From IMG/VR virus record IMGVR_UViG_3300021356_000011, positions 1 through 64,000 of that record: 64,000 nucleotides of DNA. One strand, 5' to 3'. The stretch comes from a virus. Positions 45,801 through 54,427 of the stretch are shown here, piece by piece. The position numbers and the translations under genes were made by a program. Positions within the stretch are counted from its first letter, which is position 1. Each line of letters opens with the position of its first letter. The notes under the pieces are model-generated. The model saw only the letters and a list, made by a program, of their open reading frames with translations, had not been told where the DNA came from and searched no databases.

Positions 45801-48800
45801 AGGGCAGGCTTTTCTCTGAGGATGATCTGCACAATCTTCAGCATGATCTTGAACAAAGAAAGATGTTCGAGAAGAAGAATGATCCTGATCGTTACATGAT
45901 GGATGAGGATGATCGCAAGGAACTTGAGGAGTATCTAAGTAAACAAGAAGAAGGTGATGCCAAGTTCTCTGATTCTGAAATAGAGATGAGGGAAGATCTT
46001 GAGCGAGATCTTAAGAGATACGCTAGTGTAATGCTTGAGAAGTATGGCGATGATGATGAAGACTATGCTGCTGCAACTTTCTTTCTTAAGAACTTAGATC
46101 GTTTTAAAGATTCAGAAGAGTTGCTTTCTTACATAGAAGAGTTTGGTACTGGATTTGATTACGACGAGATAAAAGATAAATGGGACCGAGGAATCTATCA
46201 GATATCTGACCTTGGCGACTCTCCAAGTGAATTGATTGAGAAAGCCTTGGTTCATTTTGGTGAGACAGAAAATCCCAAACAGGCAGGGTATATCTTGCCT
46301 GATGGAACTATGCTTAACTTTGGCTCTGATGGAGTTAGGCATGAAGACCATCGCAGTATTGGTGTTGCATATAAGGAGCATCCTCACCCTGGAGATAAAG
46401 GGAATGACCCAACGGCTTACATGAGCCATTTCATGGATCAGACAGGTGCGATTAGGTGGATGCCTTCAGCACCTGGACTTTCTTTGCATTCTGCTCCAAC
46501 CAAAGCTCAGATGGATACGATTAATAGAAGTCTTGAACTTATGGGCTCAGAAGGTGAAGAGTTTTATTGGGACAGGGATGAGCATGACCCTAAAGGTGAA
46601 AAGGGATATCCGTACAAGACAACGATGACTGGAGACAGTCTCTATTCTCTGCACGACGCTATCAATAGTGATTTTGACGAGGAGTTGATGCAAGAGAATG
46701 AGGATTACAGCAAAGAACCAGAGCGTAATGCTATGGGTGCTGGTCCTCGTGATCACTCTCCTGAAGACTTTGATGTCACCGGAAAGCAGATCAATGGACA
46801 AGCTACAGCCAACAGAGGCACAATGCCCAAGCAGGCAACTCAGTCTTCTATGCCATCTAAGGCAGACAAGGGATCTGTATCTACTAATCCAGTAAGCAAA
46901 ACTGGAATGTCTTCCGATGCTACTCGCATGGATAGAGGTGCTTCTCTAGCCAACATGCGTGACAAGTTCATGAAGTATCGCAAGACCAAGCTGATTGAGA
47001 TGCTTCAGCCATTTGTCCAGGAAGATCCTGACTTCTCGCTGACAGATGCACAGGGCAAGAAGCGTAGGACCAGCCTATTCAAAGCCGACAAGTATTCTCT
47101 TGCGAACACTCTTGCGAGTAAGTATGCCGAGGGTGAAGACCCTTATGCGAGAACTAAACCGCTTGATAGGCATATCGATGGAGTAATTGAGTCTTACGTT
47201 GGTGAAGGCATGGGTGCTGAAGATAAGAAAGACTTATCAGACAGCCTGTACAACACTTGGCGGGATGTGCATAGTGAACATCAAGCTGACGTAAGTGATT
47301 TCAATAAAAACTTAAACAGCTTAGCTCAGCAGTTTGGGTACGAAAGAGCAGAGGGTGCTTTTACTCGAAAGGCTAGGAGTGCAGAAGACGTTGATGCCAT
47401 AAAGCGTCTAGATGAATCTCAGCAGGATTTAGTTAGAAACACAATTAGCTCTGCCGGGAAGCTTGGCCTTAAGGTTTCAGGAGGCGATGACATTGAGAAG
47501 GTCCACTCTGCCCTTATGCATGGTCATCAAAAGCCACTTGGAAAAACGCATGATGATATTTGGAAAGAAGTCATACAGCGAGAAAGGCTTGACGAGTTCT
47601 CAAAAGAGCAGAATGAAGAGGAAGAAGTTCCGCCGATCACAGGAGAAGAAGCGGAGTCTTTACTTGAAGGTCAGAGAGCGGCTACTGAGCAACAGCTAGA
47701 GGAGTTTATCGAAGGCCAGGGTGCTGAAAAGCCAACTCCATCAGCAAATGAACCAGATGAGCCATATGGTTTGGAACCTACTGCTGATCCTGAAGTCCCA
47801 ACTATTAGAGTTGAAGGCGAACTTCCTGTGACAGTAGAGGAGAGCCCTTTAACTAAGATCACCGAATCTGCTTTAGGGGCAGAGAATATCAGGTCGTTCA
47901 TGAGGGGCATTGGTAAGGATCTGGGAGGCATTAGTGTAGAGCATAAAAGGCAATGGTTGGAAGCTAATGATATAGAGCCAAAGAATATTCAGAGTGAAAA
48001 GACTCTTAACTCAATGATCCGCAAATTCATTCGAGAGAAGGCTGAGTCTAAACCTGAAGAAGAGCCTACTCAGCAAGAGTTGTCATTGCAGCCAACCCCA
48101 GAGCCTGTCAAGCCAATCCAGCCTACGCAGGCACAGCTAGACATGGTTCAAGACTTGATCAAGTCGGAGGAGACTCCTGATAAGCTTCAAGGATTCATTA
48201 ACGAATTGAAGGGTGCTGCTGAGTCAGGTGATGCGAAGTCTCTCAATGACATCTTAGAAGAGCGTGATGAATTTGCTTTTGATAAAACCTTGGTGACTGA
48301 TCCAGAGCGTCTTGAGTCTCTCAATGTTTGGATCGACAGTATTGAACAGACTGCCAAGACTGGAGATATGGATGCTGTCAAATCTCTTGCTTCTGGTGAA
48401 GAGCCTGTCAGCATGAGGGCTCTGGATGAAGAGAAGGAAAAGCAGATAGCCCAAGGCCAGCAGGAAAGAGAAAAGCGAGCCGCTCAAGAGAAGCAGGAAG
48501 CAACCTTCCAGCAAAACAGGCAGCGATATTGGGATCAGGTGGGTGAAGAGGAGGGGATGAAGCGGATCCTTGACTTCATCGTATCTGATCAGGCACCTGA
48601 TAAGCTTGAGGGATTTGTCAACAAGCTAAAGGAAGCTGCGGATAGTGGAACTACAAGCGACTTAATTTCTGTTTTGGATGAGTGGGAGCAGACGGAAGAG
48701 GATATTGTTGATCCAGGAGTGAAGCAGGAAGATATCCCCCTGGAACGCAAAAACGATCTCAACGACTGGATAGGTTCTATTGAGGGGCTTGTCAGGTCAG

Positions 48801-49903
48801 GAGATATTGAAGCTGCAAAATCTTTCGCTCGTGGGGAGAAGCCAGTTGAGCTTCCAAGGCTAATTAAAGGAATCTCCAAGGAAACAGGTTTGGTTGAGGG
48901 CGAATTGACTGATGCGGAGAAGCTTGAGCAGCTTAAGCAGGATCAGGAAGAAAGAATAATTCAACGTCGAGCGAAGGCTAGAGCGGCATTTGAAGAGCAG
49001 GAAACCAAAGAACGCAATCAAACATTAAAAGAGCTTAAGGAAATGGCTTTAGATCAGAAAGCTAAAGCTGAGATGTTTGAAAGCAAAACTCCAGTGACAG
49101 CCGATGGGGGAAGGGTTAGCGAAAGCACTATTGATGAGTACCATGCCTCAGCATTGCCTCACTTGGACTCCAGCACTGTAGTTAAGATTGGAGTGGCAGG
49201 AGAGGATAGGGGTGCAATAAGGTTTAGCTCAGATGGTGCTGGAAGCTTTGTAATGGAACATGAGAAGCCTAATGGCGACAAGATCTACTACGATGCTAAG
49301 CAAGCTAAGAAGGCTTTAGGAAAGTCGTTCAATAAGATAGCAGGTCAAGCAATCCTACGAGACAACAAAGCTTGGGCTGGCAAGGCACTAATGGCGGGTC
49401 TTGTGACTCCAGATGCTGCGTCTAAATTAACTAAACCAGCAAGCCAAACCTACATGACAACTCAGATGAAAGCCAAGATTAATGAGGCAGCGATAACTGC
49501 CATGGCAAATCTTGGAACGTCAAATGGCGGCATCAATCTTGGTGACTATAGCAATACAAGGGATGCTGCTGATGCTGCCTTTGACAAGATGCGTGGTCAC
49601 ATGAATGACATCCAAAAGCCTGGAGGGTGGCTGGATACTCTGAAAGGTGCTGGGTTTGCTTACAACGACAAGGCTTCCGTTGCAGACAACTATGTCAACG
49701 GAATGCAGTATGTCATGGAGAAGGCAGGCCAGACAGGTTTTAGAGCCAGCAAGCAGAAGAATGCCGTCGAGAACATGCAGGGTGCAATACAGCATTTGTC
49801 TGAGCAATCTGAAGATGAAAAAGGGTGGAGCCCATGGGCAGTTGCTGGTGGAATCGGCATCTTAGCGGTACTTCTCTTGTTCTACTCGGTAATGAAGGAC
49901 TAG
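42812..49903 (+). CDS. Giant portal polyprotein: DUF935 (Mu gp29-like) portal + ADP-ribosyltransferase-like and further cargo domains + C-terminal TM
   Basis: Portal motifs RRDP.I...L.AR..AV, L.EAVWYG, G.GLR..LYW.W..K, ILGQTLS in the first ~480 aa. ART-like YHGT..G.G.Y.T.....A..YA..LNIKNP..GFDG..F.PSQIKS. Hydrophobic C-terminus. Confidence 0.85.
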   Translation: MSIIVNGKEYPDERSVPEQYRMQTQMGTRQRDPGNFSPDLAPNVGRSVLPHVTTFSGMMSTLARTYRQHDEAIRHNKHNANMMRRDPMIMGPLFARQMAVALLQWQVQPEDSSDEKQVQVAKELTFMVSRIPRFREYLRNLMEAVWYGRYGIQNVWGFTRDSRGVRYRTVVDWVPVNGDKLLFRYDDGTGRYDHDEIGVKVSVAHVKDDIWAGKPDIEWNSEGTGVFLRRWERSRLVVHKNFMMDGDYEDPTTAGMIHGVGLRHFLYWSWYQKQETLAQLAEVVERAGMGFTVYTYPAGNAQAREEVERLAEEQAHKNQIVLPMEVSNPDAYSIQQIPPNTQGIMALQSLIDDYFGSWIIKFILGQTLSYRAEAGTPGISDLHRDSFLQIVKYDSLGVEETVTKDLIRMLLMFNFPSYQNVNFQFKLNTEEAVPLEKLQALQAAWSMGAKIKSEDVMGLIGLNVAGATDQALYNPQVLASLKEYEMMEEQQEKEEEGGQGTQITESQDEALAAMLGPVMQSKRYSKYSNEDNFDVFDDADFEGSADVPMPSTVMPTGEQTEDRKELRDEFDPKLDQVKSDATLHPEKEEFFSESKVRDNDGKLLVLYHGTPNGKLVQHDRRLSGDPDLASHGQGYYHTDNLDAAKDYALNSDGTGEANPAVHAVHLNIKNPFDVSKDEIDSKDFISWYKGTTGDAESAKKMMQKIDEMSSNAGKIPSDYESLKALGGGTQKYLSRYLRSKGFDGLKAQGSHGRPGQRSIDHTIYMAFHPSQIKSVSNVTPSGDPRMDYVKDEYAKKSESGNYKPTKGMIGNAKRGLELRKKHEKGGTAVGVARARDIINGKDLSFSTVKRMHSFFSRHAGNEEGGEDDAGYIAWLLWGGDSGRNWARSIVESERKNQAGDVDNEGDPSVIDTPEEDLTEPAPQRRGEDSLFGAIASGAMEGATRGAARRLTGQQGFQFAKDEDDDGLRQGGLFDDVPVKDDYIPKKKEPKAPSNERQGRLFSEDDLHNLQHDLEQRKMFEKKNDPDRYMMDEDDRKELEEYLSKQEEGDAKFSDSEIEMREDLERDLKRYASVMLEKYGDDDEDYAAATFFLKNLDRFKDSEELLSYIEEFGTGFDYDEIKDKWDRGIYQISDLGDSPSELIEKALVHFGETENPKQAGYILPDGTMLNFGSDGVRHEDHRSIGVAYKEHPHPGDKGNDPTAYMSHFMDQTGAIRWMPSAPGLSLHSAPTKAQMDTINRSLELMGSEGEEFYWDRDEHDPKGEKGYPYKTTMTGDSLYSLHDAINSDFDEELMQENEDYSKEPERNAMGAGPRDHSPEDFDVTGKQINGQATANRGTMPKQATQSSMPSKADKGSVSTNPVSKTGMSSDATRMDRGASLANMRDKFMKYRKTKLIEMLQPFVQEDPDFSLTDAQGKKRRTSLFKADKYSLANTLASKYAEGEDPYARTKPLDRHIDGVIESYVGEGMGAEDKKDLSDSLYNTWRDVHSEHQADVSDFNKNLNSLAQQFGYERAEGAFTRKARSAEDVDAIKRLDESQQDLVRNTISSAGKLGLKVSGGDDIEKVHSALMHGHQKPLGKTHDDIWKEVIQRERLDEFSKEQNEEEEVPPITGEEAESLLEGQRAATEQQLEEFIEGQGAEKPTPSANEPDEPYGLEPTADPEVPTIRVEGELPVTVEESPLTKITESALGAENIRSFMRGIGKDLGGISVEHKRQWLEANDIEPKNIQSEKTLNSMIRKFIREKAESKPEEEPTQQELSLQPTPEPVKPIQPTQAQLDMVQDLIKSEETPDKLQGFINELKGAAESGDAKSLNDILEERDEFAFDKTLVTDPERLESLNVWIDSIEQTAKTGDMDAVKSLASGEEPVSMRALDEEKEKQIAQGQQEREKRAAQEKQEATFQQNRQRYWDQVGEEEGMKRILDFIVSDQAPDKLEGFVNKLKEAADSGTTSDLISVLDEWEQTEEDIVDPGVKQEDIPLERKNDLNDWIGSIEGLVRSGDIEAAKSFARGEKPVELPRLIKGISKETGLVEGELTDAEKLEQLKQDQEERIIQRRAKARAAFEEQETKERNQTLKELKEMALDQKAKAEMFESKTPVTADGGRVSESTIDEYHASALPHLDSSTVVKIGVAGEDRGAIRFSSDGAGSFVMEHEKPNGDKIYYDAKQAKKALGKSFNKIAGQAILRDNKAWAGKALMAGLVTPDAASKLTKPASQTYMTTQMKAKINEAAITAMANLGTSNGGINLGDYSNTRDAADAAFDKMRGHMNDIQKPGGWLDTLKGAGFAYNDKASVADNYVNGMQYVMEKAGQTGFRASKQKNAVENMQGAIQHLSEQSEDEKGWSPWAVAGGIGILAVLLLFYSVMKD

Positions 49904-49906
49904 GTA

Positions 49907-50263
49907 ATGGATGACCTATGGCAACCTACATCTGGCTTGTTGATAGCTGTGGTCACTGCGGCTACAGCCTGGATTAATCACAAGTTGAAAGATCTGGATC
50001 GTCAGGTCAACAACAAGGGTAAGCATGGACGCAAAGAGTCGCTTTATGAGCTAGTCCATAAGAATGATATAATTGCCGAGCAACAGCTTGGCATGCTTAA
50101 TATGATCGATGAAAAGCTAGGTCATACAGACGAACTATGTCGCAAGACATCAGAAGAACTTGAGGGACTGCTGGAGTCCAGAAAGAGTGACTGGGATGTC
50201 ATTCATCAGAAGTTTGACCATTTAGAAAACCGTATCGACGTTATAGAGAAGCGTCTCCCTTAA
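49907..50263 (+). CDS. Membrane-anchored coiled-coil protein
   Basis: N-terminal TM followed by heptad repeats. Confidence 0.5.
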   Translation: MDDLWQPTSGLLIAVVTAATAWINHKLKDLDRQVNNKGKHGRKESLYELVHKNDIIAEQQLGMLNMIDEKLGHTDELCRKTSEELEGLLESRKSDWDVIHQKFDHLENRIDVIEKRLP

Positions 50264-50275
50264 GGAAGGTAAGTC

Positions 50276-50644
50276 ATGTCAACGATTGATCGAGCGTATT
50301 TCAAAAAGGTAGATGCTACCATCACCAGCGGTACTGATTACTCAGATGCGATTGATTTCCAAGGAGCGTCAGCAGGTTGTCTTGTCGCTGCCTCTGGATT
50401 TGGTAACGCAAGTGTTACCATCGAGTGGAATGGCAATGCTAAGACAGATAAGCCTGACAACTCTGACACATGGTACGCATTGAAAGATCCAGACAATGCT
50501 GCTGTTGCTGCTGCCACAGTCAACGCTACCACGGCTGACTACATGGAATTACCTGCTACAGCATTCGGTAAGCCATGGTTGCGAATCAAGCTTGGTGGTA
50601 ATGCTGCTGCGACGAAAACAATCAATGTTCACGCCGTTGGCTAA
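50276..50644 (+). CDS. Small beta-sandwich virion protein (putative)
   Basis: SD AAGGAAGG; W..L ... WLRIKL pattern. Confidence 0.45.
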   Translation: MSTIDRAYFKKVDATITSGTDYSDAIDFQGASAGCLVAASGFGNASVTIEWNGNAKTDKPDNSDTWYALKDPDNAAVAAATVNATTADYMELPATAFGKPWLRIKLGGNAAATKTINVHAVG

Positions 50645-50653
50645 GGTTGAGAC

Positions 50654-51496
50654 ATGGCATATCCAAACGACCCACCTGCCCCAAGCGGGATGACACTTAC
50701 TGGCAATAGCCTGAACAATGGCTGTGTCCTATTCTACCCAATGACAGAAGGTTCGGGGTCTGTAATTGAGGACATTAGCGGCAACGGCTATGACGCGACT
50801 GGTTTGGCTAGCTTTGTGCCAACTTGGGCTACTGAGACGAAGGGTACAGTGGCTGAGTTTGTCGGTGGTCAAAGATATATGGTTCCACAGGCATGGTGGA
50901 ACGATAACATTTCCGGCGGCACAGATTTGTCTATGTCGTGCTGGGTCAAAATGGACCCAGTTCTTCAGTCGAGTTTTAACGGCACCGCTGTGGGGCTGAT
51001 GCACTACGATTCCGGCGGAAATAAATTTTTGATCGAGGCTAGTCGACCGTATTCGTATTGCCAATTAATTTTCGGTCAACCGGCGTTTCAGCAAATGGGT
51101 GTTCTGGGTCGGTTTTATGCAGATACGTGGTATCACGTTGTTTTTACTTCATCCAATGGCGGCGAGATGCGTGTTTATTTTGATGGTGCTATATCTACTC
51201 GCGCATACTCACAGGGAGATTTTTTAGCGAAAACCGCAGGCACCTATACCAACATCACTGCTGACTCAGCCATTGGTGCTAGTGCCTACACTCTTGACGA
51301 CCGAAGACACTTTGAAGGCTACCAGCAGAATATCAGGCTCTGGAATCGGGTGTTGACGCCAACAGAGGTGCAGACCCTTTATGATGATCCTTGGGCAGGA
51401 ACCGACTACTCGCCCAACGAAGTATCAGGCGGATCTGCTTTGTCAGCAGCACATCTAGCAAACGCTATTCGTTTACAACCCAACTACAAACGATAA
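50654..51496 (+). CDS. LamG/concanavalin A-like lectin domain protein
   Basis: YPMTEGSG..EDISGNG, SMSCWVK, WYHVVFT, YFDG, F.G....IRLWNRVLT..EV..LY. Confidence 0.85.
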   Translation: MAYPNDPPAPSGMTLTGNSLNNGCVLFYPMTEGSGSVIEDISGNGYDATGLASFVPTWATETKGTVAEFVGGQRYMVPQAWWNDNISGGTDLSMSCWVKMDPVLQSSFNGTAVGLMHYDSGGNKFLIEASRPYSYCQLIFGQPAFQQMGVLGRFYADTWYHVVFTSSNGGEMRVYFDGAISTRAYSQGDFLAKTAGTYTNITADSAIGASAYTLDDRRHFEGYQQNIRLWNRVLTPTEVQTLYDDPWAGTDYSPNEVSGGSALSAAHLANAIRLQPNYKR

Positions 51497-51507
51497 GGAA
51501 ATAAACC

Positions 51508-51813
51508 ATGGGTAATCTATCAAACTTTGAATCAACTGAAATTGGTCAAGCTCGTATGAATCGCTTGCGAGCAATGGGCAACAAGGTTGTCAGCCTCGTG
51601 AACAGCTTGTACGCATCTGCCGTGGAATACAACAACTACCGAGTGGAACTCGATCCGGTCGAAGATGCAGAAGACATCGCCTATTCCGATACAGCATTTG
51701 TCTACACCGCCGATCAAGCCAAGCCAATTCTGGACAACCTAGCTCCAGAAGAGAAGGCGTGGTTGGATGCGATGCTTGATGCTCTGGGTTATCAACCTAA
51801 GCCTGCTGAGTAG
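51508..51813 (+). CDS. Hypothetical protein
   Basis: SD AAGGA; 101 aa helical protein. Confidence 0.5.
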   Translation: MGNLSNFESTEIGQARMNRLRAMGNKVVSLVNSLYASAVEYNNYRVELDPVEDAEDIAYSDTAFVYTADQAKPILDNLAPEEKAWLDAMLDALGYQPKPAE

Positions 51814-51821
51814 TGAAATCT

Positions 51822-51850
51822 GGGTGGGCTACCACCCGCCCTTTTTTCTT
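51822..51850 (+). terminator. Possible intrinsic terminator
   Basis: GGGTGG-GCTA-CCACCC followed by GCCCTTTTTT. Confidence 0.45.
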
Positions 51851-51860
51851 GAGGTGATTC

Positions 51861-53210
51861 GTGACGACTCCGAGCGGCAACATTATCTTCAATAACGCAG
51901 GTGGTTTAGACACTGCTGCCAGTGGTCTTGGACCTGCAACGGCTGAGACTGGTGCTGGTGCGTCCACTGACGGGACGGCAGTTGTGACCGGCATTACAAC
52001 CACTGGAGTATCGGCTGGTGATTTACTTTGGGTGCAGACTGCAAGCGGTCGTCAGTTCTCCATCATCGCCAGCGTCGATAGTGGTACGCAGGTAACTTGC
52101 GACGATACATTTGTGCTTGGTTCTGGTCAGACTTGGGCTATCGGTGGACAGCGAAAGACCATTGGGAACACTAATAGTCAACTGATGTTCGCAGACGCTC
52201 ACGACGATTGGACGATTGAACTGGAAGACGATCAGAGCATTAGTGCTGCGATTACTTGGAGTGGTGGAGATGATTCAGAACGCGGATTCCGATTAATTGG
52301 GACGGCTGGCTCTATTAAGTCCATCACGCAAACTGCCAGCAGCACAGCACACTTTTCCCTGTCTGGTGCCTCGTGTAATTTTAACAACATCAAGTTTCTC
52401 AATTCAGCAGTAACCCAAGAGGTTGCAGTGCTTGGTGGGTCTGGGGCTAATGAGGCTAGGTTTCATGATTGCATTTGCGGCGAAGGGAGCGGAGGAAACA
52501 ACCCATCTGGATTTTGCAGGCGTGGAACTAGTGGTCTTTCCATGACTTTTTTCAACTGCATCGCAGACCATTGCACAGATGTGGGGTTTGGGTCAACTAA
52601 CACTCGTGGGTATATTGTCGCAAGGAACTGCAAAGCTATAGGCTGCACAAGCCATGGTTTTGCAACTCGTGGAGACGGCGATGTAATGATGCACAACTGC
52701 ATCTCTGATTCAAATGGCGGCGATGGTGTAAATGCAGGCGCAACCGAAACTGGTTCGGTATTCATTACAAACTGCGTCTTTAGAAACAATACAGGCGACG
52801 GCTTTGGTACTGAAAAAGACGATGTACATTTCAGTTCTGCATCTATTGTAAATTGTCAAATTACAGAAAATGGTGCCTATGGCATTAGTTGGCCTAATTG
52901 GATTGGCAATCCAGAAATGGCGTTTTTCGACGGCAACAACTTTGGCACTGGTGCAACAGCAAACACATCAGGCGACTACCAAGGCGTGACAGGTGGATCA
53001 CGAGACACTGCCGTCGATCCAGCTTACGCCGACACGGCTAACGGCGATTACACACCGGGAACAACGGAACAACTAACCGCTGGATATCCTGAGTTTACAA
53101 TTGACACAACATCTGTCTCATCCAACCAGCCGATTGGTGTGGTTGGTGGCAGTGCAACAGGCGGCGGTGCAACACTCGCATCTGACGCTCGCATCGAGAG
53201 GCTGAAGTAA
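51861..53210 (+). CDS. Right-handed beta-helix (pectate-lyase-like) protein
   Basis: Repeated NC....N..DG units; DPAYAD.ANGDY. Confidence 0.75.
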   Translation: MTTPSGNIIFNNAGGLDTAASGLGPATAETGAGASTDGTAVVTGITTTGVSAGDLLWVQTASGRQFSIIASVDSGTQVTCDDTFVLGSGQTWAIGGQRKTIGNTNSQLMFADAHDDWTIELEDDQSISAAITWSGGDDSERGFRLIGTAGSIKSITQTASSTAHFSLSGASCNFNNIKFLNSAVTQEVAVLGGSGANEARFHDCICGEGSGGNNPSGFCRRGTSGLSMTFFNCIADHCTDVGFGSTNTRGYIVARNCKAIGCTSHGFATRGDGDVMMHNCISDSNGGDGVNAGATETGSVFITNCVFRNNTGDGFGTEKDDVHFSSASIVNCQITENGAYGISWPNWIGNPEMAFFDGNNFGTGATANTSGDYQGVTGGSRDTAVDPAYADTANGDYTPGTTEQLTAGYPEFTIDTTSVSSNQPIGVVGGSATGGGATLASDARIERLK

Positions 53211-54427
53211 TGGCTAATCGGTATTGGGTCAACGGCGGTTCAACAAACAACTGGTCAGATACGTCCAACTGGTCTACCACTAGCGGTGGTACTGGCGGTG
53301 CTTCTGTTCCCGGTGTTTCCGACGATGCAATATTTGACACAAACTCTGCGAGCTACAACTGCACGCTTGACCAGAATGTCAATGTCAACTCATGGACGTA
53401 TCCTACCTCTGCCTATGGCGGAACCATTGATTGCGTCACTTATGATGTGACAACCGCTGGAAATTTGTGGGGGCGATCCGGTGCTACTCTGTATATGGGA
53501 ACAGGCACGTTTAACGTCGGTGGAAGTTTCAGTTGTCGTGACGGCAATTTATATGGGCAGACAGCTACATTAAGGTTTACAACCCTCAGCGGTGCCTTGA
53601 GCCTTTCAAATGCCCAGCAAGACACTGGGCCAAATTTAGAAGTTGCTAGTGGTGCGAGATGCATATATACGTTTACCGGGAAACAAGATGTCAAAAGTTT
53701 CGATTGTTATGGTGAATTTTATTTTGGCGGTGGTGGGGGCTTAGAGGTATTTGGCGATGTTACTATTCGTTCTACAGGATCGCTTACAAATACTACTAGT
53801 AGGTACATCAGAATCCAGACGACAAGTAACCCCGTTTGTACCCTAGAAGCAGGTGCTTCCGTTGGGGACACTGCTTTTACTACATATAGATCAAACCCCT
53901 CTTCGACTGCATCCCTCACTTTTGCTGGAGCAGGGTGGGCGACTGCAACAGGTGTAAGCCTTCAGTTAAATTACCTAACAACCGTAAATGGCAGATGGAC
54001 TTATGTTTTTCCGGCGGCTATGCACGTTAAAGAAGTACGACTTGAGCCAAGGTATAGCAGTTCTCGAACGACCCTCGATTTTTCAACAAACAGCACGCAG
54101 CTTACTGTCGAGACACACTTTCGAGATGTTTCAGCCCACGGCACAGATACCTACAACATAAACGTGGGCAGTTCAAAGCTGACCTTCAATCTCTCTTCTA
54201 ATAGCACGTTCTCGCCTAGAGGAAATACATTTCCACCAATCATAATCGCGGATGATGCTGTTGGGACTCTGACGCTAGATAGCAACTTAACCACTGAGTA
54301 TGTGCATGACTGTAACAGTATGATTGACCTGAATGGTTTCACGATTACTGAGACAGGCACAGACCCGGTTGGTTGTATCACCCCTGACGTTTTCTACCTC
54401 CTAGACGAAGCTTTTAAGAGATTGTAA
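53210..54427 (+). CDS. Adhesin-like beta-solenoid protein
   Basis: ANRYWV.G...NWSDTSNWSTTSGG.GGASVP...DDAIFD motif. Confidence 0.65.
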   Translation: MANRYWVNGGSTNNWSDTSNWSTTSGGTGGASVPGVSDDAIFDTNSASYNCTLDQNVNVNSWTYPTSAYGGTIDCVTYDVTTAGNLWGRSGATLYMGTGTFNVGGSFSCRDGNLYGQTATLRFTTLSGALSLSNAQQDTGPNLEVASGARCIYTFTGKQDVKSFDCYGEFYFGGGGGLEVFGDVTIRSTGSLTNTTSRYIRIQTTSNPVCTLEAGASVGDTAFTTYRSNPSSTASLTFAGAGWATATGVSLQLNYLTTVNGRWTYVFPAAMHVKEVRLEPRYSSSRTTLDFSTNSTQLTVETHFRDVSAHGTDTYNINVGSSKLTFNLSSNSTFSPRGNTFPPIIIADDAVGTLTLDSNLTTEYVHDCNSMIDLNGFTITETGTDPVGCITPDVFYLLDEAFKRL

